64,000 nucleotides of DNA from Nageia nagi (Eukaryota; Plantae; Pinophyta): NCBI GenBank assembly GCA_050084985.1, contig JBITNC010000001.1:93000001-93064000 (forward strand), in the 5' to 3' direction. A program made the translations under genes and the position numbers. Shown one piece after another: positions 54,066 to 64,000 of this stretch. Each line of letters begins with the position of its first letter. Position 1 is the stretch's first letter. Below the pieces are notes generated by a model that saw only the letters and a program-made list of their open reading frames with translations, was not told the DNA's origin and did no database searches.

Positions 54066-55740
54066 TAGCCATAAATAAATAATAATATGATATTAAAAAT
54101 ATTTTAACCATATAATAATCATTTAGTATGATAAGCATCAATTTAATAATGATAAACGAGATATTTAATAAGCATGTATTTAACCAAGGCAAAAATTGGA
54201 TAAGAAAAATTTAAGCAAAACATGAGAGATGGGATAATCAACATATATTTAATAAGTTGTGCAATTTTTATTACAACACATATGGATAAGCAATAATTTT
54301 CATTAATAAGCAATTGATACGATATGAAATCAAGAATTTGATAAATAATTATATTGATATAGTGATATATGAAATGTCTGAGTAATACATACTGATAAGC
54401 CTAATAATGATATGCATTCTATGGCATGAAAAATAGGAAAATAACATTGTTGAAATGCATTTACAACTTTTGAAACATTATAAGCTATTCAAAATAAAGG
54501 TTCAATTTATTTTTTATCAACTATGATACATGAATGAAAAAAAAAGATATTTTTCTACATTTAAGTGCAAGCACAAAGTACAAACAAGACAACACACTTT
54601 ACATTCTCATTATAACCTAGCGGCAATGTTAGGAACATGGTTTCATTGCTAGGTTAAGGAGGCATTTTTCAAAAATGAAAAATTTTGATATATTTTTACC
54701 ACATCCATGAGGGAAAAAGAGCTACAATTTTGGAGAACATAGAAGGTAATACAAAATTTGGTGATCATGTCATTTTGATTTTAACCAATTTGCCCTAAGG
54801 AATATTTTTGATAATTTACACATTAATGTAGAGAATGATAAACAATTTACATGCACAAAAGGAGTAGAATTGAGGCATAAAATTTGACACAAAATGGAGA
54901 CACAAACCCAATGGTAGTGCTAGAATGGAGCGACGTTGCATGGCTAAAAGCATGGAAGTGTGTCGAGTAGAATAGAGTTGGGTGAGTGACTATTAACAAT
55001 AAAAAGAGGTTCAATTTAGGGAAATTGGTAAGATTTAGTAGTGAAATTTAAAAAGGGGTTTTCAATTTATTTATAAATAGGTAAAATTGGGTTTCATTTA
55101 TGCATTCTCAATTTAGCAATTGGAGCTATGGTTCGCAAGGTTCTAGGTGTCTTATTCGGCTTATGGAGGGATTATGGCATGCTATAAGCTTGGTTGTTAC
55201 ATTGATTAGTGATATGGCTTATCGGATAACTTCTCAATAGGGTACCATTCATTAGTTATCCATTCCTCATATGAGGGATATTATGTACCAAAAATTCTCT
55301 CATATGCTTGTTTTATGCAATGTTTAGAAGCTTTTTGACGATTTACATTTTTTATTTAGGCTAGTTTTTAACAAATTTAGAAAAGTTTTAAAATATAAGG
55401 GGTAAAAATGTAGGGCTAGGTTTGGACATGCATGGAGGGAAAGAAGATAGGTTTTTACCCTAGAATTTGGGTTAAGGCTAATGGGTATCATAAATTTTCT
55501 AAAAATGGGGGCTAAAATGAGGCAATATATCTAGGTTTCTAATGTCATTGCTAGGATCAAATTTGTAGAAAAACATCAAAATGACACCTTTAAAGACTTA
55601 AAGGATATGCACACATTCACAATTTATGAAAAAGGAATCATGAAAGTAGAAAAAAAAATGAAAAGCATACATTTTAAGTTTTTAATTTTTTAAGTGTTAA
55701 TATTTTACATTTTTACCATATTTCATGCTACTGATATGCT

Positions 55741-58700
55741 ATGGACATGGTTGTAGACTTTGTACTAACATCGAATGAGAGGGGACAACTAGATGCATCC
55801 AAGATCAGCCATGTGAGGGGGATCATGCATATCCTATATGATAAGTACTTTCTTACTACCCTCATGGAGTGTTTTTATGATGACACCAACATATTCCATC
55901 TACCCATGGGAGAGATGGCCATCACCCTTACTTATATCCATCACATTTGGTAGGTACCTATAAAGGGTAAACTGATACAACGGGTGATATTGACTATGGT
56001 TGAGATGGAGGATTAGTGCTACTAACTGATAGGTATGAGGCACTACTAGCAATAGAAGAAGGGTGCACCCCTTCATGACATAGTCTACATGCCCTTAGAG
56101 GAGCTTAACTTCATGAGGTATTTTAGGCTGTATGCAACTATTATTATTAACATGATTCTTTATAGGGATAAGATTTTGCCATGTTATACATGGGTTTTCA
56201 CAATTTTATGTCTATGAAGAAGGGAGGTAGGATTATGGCCCATTCATTTATTCTTCAAGCTTGGGTGTATGTGCAGGAATGGATCATAAAACTCCAAGAT
56301 ACTATTAACTCAAGGATAATTTACAATATATAGACCACAAAAGTGGTTAACTAACAAACTCCTAAAATGGTGCAACTAAGTGTACACCTCATCCTAACTA
56401 ATTTACCTACCTAAGCACTAAGCTAAAATTTCATTAACTAACTTCAAATGACACTTGTCATTGACACATGTCTAATTTCTAAATATTTACAAATACCATA
56501 ATAAGATTATGGTTTTTAACATTCCCCCCTTAATCTGAAGGGGTATTTGTAAGTCCGAGCATTGATCTAAATTTCTCGAACTTTTCTCTTCCAAGCGCCT
56601 TGGTGAAGATGTCTGTGATTTGTTCTTCAGTGGAATAATGTTTAACCCAAATTGTCTTGGCCTCTACATGATGTCGAATCAAATGATACTTTGTATTGAT
56701 ATGTTTTGTCTGATCATGAAACTTTGGATTCTTGGCCAATTTGATTACAAAGTATTATCGATTAATAATGGAGTTGGAAGCACTTGTTTCTCCTGCAAAT
56801 CTTCTAGTATTTTCCTGAGCCACACAATTTTTTTATTGCTTCTACTACAGCCACATATTCTACCTCAGTAGTGGAATCTGCTAGAACAATCTATTTTCGT
56901 GATCTCCAGGAAATAGCGGCTGATCTAAGACTCATAAGATATCCTGAAGTTGAAACTCCATTTTCCTTATCACCAACAAAGTCTGAATCAGAATATCCAA
57001 CCAGTTTGAAGTCTCTAACCTTAGAATATTTTAGCTCATAATCTTGAGTTCCTTTCAAATATTGAAGAACTCTCTTCGCTGCTACCCAATGACCTTCATA
57101 AGGTGTGTGCATAAATCGAGAAAGTATTCCAAGCACGAATGAAATATCTGGTCTAGTTGTGGTTAGATAAATGAGACTTCCTATCAACTATCTGAATTTA
57201 GTAGCATCCTCAAATTGATTTCCCTTAACTAATTTCAACTTCAAATTTTGTTCCATTGGAGTAGAGAGAGGATTGCAATCTTCCATACTAAATTTATTCA
57301 ACAATTCTCCAATGTACTTCTTTTGGGAAATAAATATGTAACTTGGTGTTTGATTTACTTCAACACCCAAGAAGTAGTGAAGCAGGCCCATATCTGTCAT
57401 TTCAAATCCTTTCTTCAATTCTTGTTTCACAGATGCTATATATCTCTCATTATTCCCTGTAATCAATAGATCATCTACATACACCACTAGATATACAACA
57501 GTGTTGCCAAATTTCTTAACAAACAAAGTTGCATCATCAAGGTTGTAGTGCTTGAATTTTAACTTTAAAAGATATTCAGTAAGCTTTTCATACCATGCAT
57601 GAGGAGCTTGCTTCAATCCATACAATGACTTGATAAGTTTGCATACCTTATGTTCTTGACCTTTAACTGCAAATCCCTCAGGCTGTGTCATGTAAACATT
57701 CTCTTTTAGATCACCATTTAGGAAAGTTGTCTTTACATCCATTTGATGAACCTTCCACTTATGTTGAGCTGCCATTGTCAATAAAGCACAAATGGTAGCC
57801 CATTTAGCTGTAGGAGCAAAAGTCTCATCATAGTCAATGCCTTCTCTTTATGCAAAACCTTTTGCAACAAGCCTCCTTTGTTTTTATCAAGTGAGTCATC
57901 TGATTTATACTTGTTCTTGTAAACCCACTTGCATCCAATAGGTCTGATTCCATATTGTGGATCTACCAACTTCCATGTCCCATTCTTGATGAGAGCATCT
58001 TACTCTTTCTTCATAGCTTCTTTCCAAGCATCATGAGAAATAGCTTCTTTAAAAGAAGTTGGTTCAAAATCAACAGAACAATTCAATTCCATATCAAAAG
58101 AAAGGACATCACCTGAAATTGAATCTTCTACTGCTCCACTTTCTTATCTTGTCTGGTAGGAACTTCGAGTTCCTATCTTTCCAATTTCATCAGGATGAAC
58201 ACTTTCAAGTGTTTTCTGGGCCCATATTGGAATTCTCTGAAATGATTCTGGTTGATCACTGAGCTGAGATGGAGCTTCACTTCCATCAAGACTTAATCGA
58301 CCAATTCCTTGAATTACATCATCTAACTAATGCTCAGATACTGGTACTGATGAATTGGAAGAACCTAGTAGAGGAGGTATTCTTGGTGCTTGTTCTTCAT
58401 GAACAAATGGTAAAAATTCCAAATTTGGATCCAATATAGGAATTTCCCCCTCAAGATTTGAAATTTCATAATCTTTTTCAAAATAATGCTTTCCATGGGT
58501 AAACTTATCAAGATGATCATACTGTCGCTCAACAGTATTGTCACTTTTGGAAAATTCAAGAAAGATAACATCTCTTGCAAAGAGAAACTTCTTATTTACC
58601 TCATCATAAAGCTTGTATCCCTTGGTAGTGTCTGAATAGCCCAAGAAAATACACTTTCGACTCCTAGCTTCAAGCTTGCTTCATTGTTCCTTAGGTATGA

Positions 58701-61700
58701 GCACATAATAGGTGGAACCAAAGATCCTGAGATGATGTACAGAAGGAATATGACCAAACCACATTTCAAATGGAGTCTTATCTTTGAGAGCATGAGAAGG
58801 AGATCTATTTCTCAAATAAACAGCACATTGAACTGCATTACCCCAAAACATAATTTTGGCATTCTTGAAGAATATCATTGCACGGGCCATGTTCAATAGA
58901 GTTCTGTTCAATCTTTCAGCAACCCCATTTTGTTGTGGGTTATAGGGAACAATAGTCTGATGTTTAATCCCATGTTGGTGTAAGTAAGATTTGAAGTCAT
59001 TTGAAGTATATTCCCCCCATTATCTGAACAAAGGATACCTATACAAGTATGAGCTTCATTTTCAATACTTACATGAAAGTATTTGAATTTGGAAAAAGCT
59101 TTAGACTTATGTTTTAAGAAATAAACCCAAGACATCCTAGAATAATCATCAATGAATGTCGTAATATATCTATTCCCAACTGCAGAAGGTACAGAAAATG
59201 GACCACACAAATCAGAATGAACTAGTTCAAGTTTTCTATTGGCTCTCCATTGGGAATTTATAAATGGTTGCTTGTGGTGCTTTTCTAGGATACAGGCTTC
59301 ACAAGGGGCAATGTTCTTAGGTATTGTAGGCAAACCACTAAAACCTCATTTCTTTAAAAGACGTAGGTCATCAAAATTAAGGTGCCCAAATCTAGCATGC
59401 CACAAAAGACTTGAGGGAAGTGTACCTTTTTCTTGATGTGTAAGGAATGCAAATTCCTTCGATCGAATAGAAGCACCAGTGAGTTTCAATAGCTTTCCAT
59501 CTTCCAAACCAAGCATCACAACTTTGTTGTTAGGAGATTATCGTATTTCCACCTTGCCATCGAACATATGGATGGTATGTCCTTGTTGTCGAACAAGAAC
59601 AAGGGAAAGCAAATTTCTCCTCAATTTTGGAAGATAAAGTACATTTTGAAGCACAAAATCTAGAAATCCTGGTAGTTTAAGCCTAATTGAGCCAATTCTA
59701 GATGGCTTAAGTTTTGATCAATCTGTAAAGTAGACTGCACCATCAATATCTTCATTCAATTCTTCAAAGAAATCCCTCTTGAAAGTCATATGACATGTTG
59801 CTCCCATATCAAGCAACCATGCATCTTCCCATGATGCATATGAAGTATTCATTAGGTCACTAAGACCAATGTTACATTCAGCTGTAACAAAATGAGCGGA
59901 TGCAAAGTTCTTACTCTAATCACCTTGTTGCTCTTTCTTTTCAACAATTTTCTCCCATGGAATGTGACATGTGGCAGCTTCATGGCCTTTTCTATCGCAT
60001 CGAGTGCAATATAAATTTGACTTCTCCCTTTTATCTCCATGACCTCCTTGATTTCTACCTCCTCTGCCTCTGAAATTTTTCTGACCATGACCTCTATTGT
60101 TACTATCTGCATAAGAAGCATCATTCATCTCTAACTGAGCATTGTAAACAATATCTGAAGCATCATTGGTCTTCTTTCCAAAAGCTTTTTCATGCTCTGC
60201 AATCTTTTCTGACAAAGTTTTGAAGGTGAGGGTGGCCAATTGTCCACTCGCTTGAAGTGATTCAAGATAAGTTGAGTATGTGGGATAGAGAGCTTTGATC
60301 AAGGCTACAAGAGAAATATCAATTTCAACACCTGTAGCCTCGATATCACACATTATTACACTAATTTCTGAAATAAGTGCTATGGGATCATTATTCTGCA
60401 ACTGCAAATTGAAGAGCTTTAACTGAAGTTGGATGAGTTCCAAGCTGAATGAGAGTCATACAACTCTTTTAATTTTTCTAGTGCACTCCAAGCATCGTCA
60501 ATTGAAGTGATATGTCGATTAACTTCTTCAGATATAGAAGCGGATATTAGAGCATACGCTTTGCAATTCTTCATGTTCCAAACCATGAGCTCTTTGTCAT
60601 CAGTTGGTTTGATGGGTTTGGTTTTTCCATCGCATATACCTTCCCAAAAATCATTGAAGATGAGCGTATTTTTTATCTTCCTATACCATTCTGACCAATT
60701 GTTTTGACTAGTCAAAACAACCCCAATAATGCTTACTAAGGAATGCATTTTGTAAGATGAAAAGTTACAAAGTGACAAAAGAAGTAGATAATTTACTATA
60801 TTTGAAATATAAACAATCTTTGCTCAAACAAGGCTAAATAGAGCAAGATGATGTCAAATATAGAAATTTACAAGTCTAAATCGATCCACATGTGATCGGT
60901 GCATTCATGAATATGTTGCTCAATGACCATTGGTGGATGGATATAATCAGGATCAAAGTTATCTCTCTCTCTTTCTTCAACTAGTGCAGCTGAAGATACC
61001 TAGAATCTTGAATCTGACTCAGAGGCTGGAATATTAAGATTAAGACTTTGATCAACTAGTGCAACTACTAGAGTATACTCATCACTATCGTTGATGATGA
61101 TAATCTTAGGTGGATGTGGTGCTGGAACAATATGAGCATATCAATGTGGCTTGTACTTATCTTCTTGTAGTTAAATAGGTGAATATGCCCCACTAGTTTC
61201 AATTACAAATTACATAATCGGTAGATTTGACTTAGGGAGTTGAGCAGTGCTGAAGATTGTTAGACCTTTTGGATGATGTAGACTTATTGTAGGACCTATA
61301 TTTTAACTTACCATTTTGGGAGGAGTCAGCTGATGAGATATCATGGAGCATGAGTCCATACCATATCTAAGGTCATAGGTAGATTATTGAGTACTACCAT
61401 CTAGACTAGGTGCTAAGATAGTTCAACATGACATAGGATGTGCCTATGCAAAGGATGTGGCTAATTATGGCTAGATATTAGTGCTACTAGGTGACTCCAA
61501 AAGGTGTTATGGATGTACCAATATGGAGTGCAAAGTGGGTTTCATTGGAGGACCATTCCTCAGGGTTTCCAATGCCTTTTCATCAGCATATTCCAAAGTA
61601 CATACAATGGTGGGACATAATGAGGCCTATCTCATTGGGCCTTAAGGATGAGGAGGGTGATAAAGAAGAGGGTGAGGATGAGGAGGGGGATGAGGAGGAG

Positions 61701-62170
61701 ATAGATATGGTAGGAGAGAATTCCATGGATGTGGGTGATGATCCACCACCTACTTAGCCAATAGATCCATATGCACCATCCTCATTGAGGGTTACATCTC
61801 CTCCGATAGATACCTCATGTTTACTTAGACTCTAGATATTTGGATTATGATTCTATTTTTTAGTAGAAAAAATCATAAATTATTTATGAATTAGGATCAA
61901 AGACTCAAATAGCGATGCTACAAGTGTAGGTGGTGAGCTTATAGTTGCAGCTAAAGGCTCAAGATGACTAGATCAATCTACTTCAGGGATATATTGAGAC
62001 ATAATAGGATTTATGACATGTGATGTAGTACTAGGAGCTAAAGAGGCTCTAGTACCTTATCAAATTGAAAAAAAAACAAATCCTTTAGTTTGGGAAAACA
62101 CTATTTGGTCTAGGTCTAGGTCTAGGAGTAGGACCAAAGATCCTTTCATGGGTCAAAGTTCTCGTGGGGG
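55741..62170 (+). pseudogene. Plant mobile domain (PMD, MAIN-like) ORF carried by the element, split by a Copia insertion
   Basis: LMECFYDDTNIFHLPMGEMAITL and ILQAWVY|EH motifs; KYIQWW followed by an acidic tract at 61640-61740. Confidence 0.78.
56272..61129 (-). mobile_element. Ty1/Copia, relatively well preserved gag-pol (60748-56530), 3' LTR 56272-56521, no recognisable 5' LTR/PBS
   Basis: gag CTRCDRKGHEAATC; protease WLLDMGATCHMT; INT VHSDLCGP; RT QMDVKTTFLNG and YVDD; RH YSDSDF and TKHI; PPT ttaagggggaa; flanks gtatg/atatg. Confidence 0.92.
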
Positions 62171-62257
62171 ATACTAGTTTGGTGTATCAATTTTTGTTAT
62201 GACATTGTTATGGATATATGTTTTATTACCTATAGACACAACAATTTTTTGATTTTT

Positions 62258-62267
62258 TATATATATA

Positions 62268-62302
<35 letters not shown>
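62258..62302. repeat. (TA)n microsatellite
   Basis: Seen directly. Confidence 0.95.
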
Positions 62303-62306
<4 letters not shown>

Positions 62307-62785
62307 GTACATTTTGGGTTATGCTATGATGTTTGCTTTTTTAATTAATTAGAAATGTGTTTGAGTTTTGGAAAAGTACATTTTTTATTTATTTAGGTAA
62401 GTAAAATGAAAGATAACAAAGATAAGTTTACAAAATCTATAAAGTTGAAATTTGAGTCACACTTTTAACAAAGATAATCTTAAAATGAAAACATTCATGA
62501 TAATCAATTTGTATACATGATAATTTTAGCTAAGATGATCGTATGGAAGGTGAGAAAAAGAGAAATAGTCACATCAACTTTGCATGTAATGGAGTGGCAG
62601 CATTGGAATATAGTAGAAACACTCAAGTAAGAATCAAGCATGATTACAAATGAAATGTGGATACACAAGTCATGGACTAAGTAATAGAAAAAGACACCTA
62701 AAATTTAACAAATGGAAAGAAAAACATATTTTACAAACTAGTATCCAATTCATCTAATTTACAAATCATGTGCTAGAAAGCATGA

Positions 62786-62909
62786 AATAAGATAAATAGA
62801 GATACTTTTTCCCAATAAAATATAGACATTGAAAATAAGAAATCAAAATAAGATAAATAGAGATACTTTTTCATAATAAAATATAGACATTGAAAATAAG
62901 AAATCAAAA
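62786..62909 (+). repeat. 61-bp near-perfect tandem duplication
   Basis: aaataagataaatagagatacttttt...gacattgaaaataagaaatcaa occurs twice. Confidence 0.92.
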
Positions 62910-64000
62910 TTTTAACTAAACCTTGCTACTAATGAAATGGTAGTGTTGGGTTCCAATGCTGTCACTTGGTTATAAGCATAGAGAAACACTCATTTTAACA
63001 CTAGAGTTTGTAAAATTGAACTAGATAATGGAAAAGAAATGTACAAACAAAAAATATGATAAAATAATTTACAAAATAGCCCACACACCATCAACATCAA
63101 GGACCATACCTAGTCTTAACAATTGTTGAACTTGTGGTTGTGGGATACTCAAAGGTTTGGTCTTCAACTTCTTACCATCATCATAAAGTTCTGCTTTTAT
63201 GAATTATGGAAATGGATCATTGACTATTGTCACCCTTTGGTTCTACGGATGTACTAGATTATTCTCCATTAGTTTAAACTTGTATTTCTATAAAACCTCA
63301 TCTAAAAATTCATGTTTAAATTTAAATTTACCCTTGTCATATAAGTCTTAGATTATATTTTTGAGATGAATAGACTCTTTTGTGGCATGACCAAATCTCC
63401 TATGGAAATTACCAAAGAGGTATGCTTGATAGCATTGAGGTTTAATTCAGGGGGGCTCTTTTATTAGCAGATAATAGACCAATTTCATGGTTATTAAGGC
63501 ATCCAAGACCTCACTGATGTCCTCATGGGACTTAGTATGCTACCTATGTGACTTTTAAGGTCACCAAACTTCTATATGATCATGGTTTATATGGGCTATC
63601 ATTTTTAATTTAGGCTCATGGTGATGGTTCTTTCTAGGTTTATCAGGAAAATCATAGGATTGGACTAAAGTTGGCTGCATATAGCATAAGGGTTCATTAA
63701 AGGCTTTATGATGGGCATCTTTATTGATAATTTCATCTATGCATTTGTCATATGGATAATCCTATAAATCTGAGAAGTCATGCCTACAAGATGGTAACAA
63801 GGCTCAAAGAGTACATGTTTCTTTTCTTTGGTAGGGATTTGGACTTCATTAGCTACTTTGGAACACTCAATAATGAACTCACCAACAAGTTGACCTTATT
63901 TCTGTTTTAGGTTATACATATCTAAAGGAGATGTTTTTTGTGTTATAAATAGAATATATCAATCCAAGAAAGCTTTAACAACATCATCAAAATATGTAAT

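Larger units (their letters stand above)
52730..64000 (-). mobile_element. Ogre/Tat-like non-autonomous Gypsy: putative 3' LTR 52730-53417, long 3' region with antisense PMD ORF, gag remnant ~63000-63900; runs out of the window
   Basis: TGTTA...TAACA termini with minus-strand TATA; gag motif FHRRFGHATKESIHLKNII*DLYDKG at ~63330-63410; no RT/INT between gag and PMD. Confidence 0.55.

Overview
AT-rich, CpG-depleted land-plant genomic DNA, most likely a gymnosperm (inferred from a TatII-type Gypsy domain order and the deep nesting of old elements). There is one intact host gene in a ~2 kb GC/CpG island: an apparently intronless SAM-dependent methyltransferase (Methyltransf_11 family, At5g01710/At5g03190/At3g53400-like; minus strand 15097-16281). 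Its 5' leader carries a 40-codon uORF, not in the ORF track, that resembles the HG17 conserved-peptide uORFs (CPuORF46-48), plus two micro-uORFs in the same frame. The rest is decayed, nested transposons: a chromovirus, several Copia elements, Tat/Ogre-like Gypsy elements, two CACTA elements, two LINE fragments and a solo LTR. There is also a PPR pseudogene fragment and many tandem repeats. The most unusual structures are: (i) a ~63-bp-period array of 3 (possibly 4) tRNA-Arg primer-binding sites behind the 5' LTR of a complete TatII-like element; (ii) telomere-like arrays inside both CACTA elements; (iii) a Copia with only one recognisable LTR that is nevertheless flanked by a TSD, and whose removal restores a plant-mobile-domain reading frame. 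All boundaries and alignments were read by eye.
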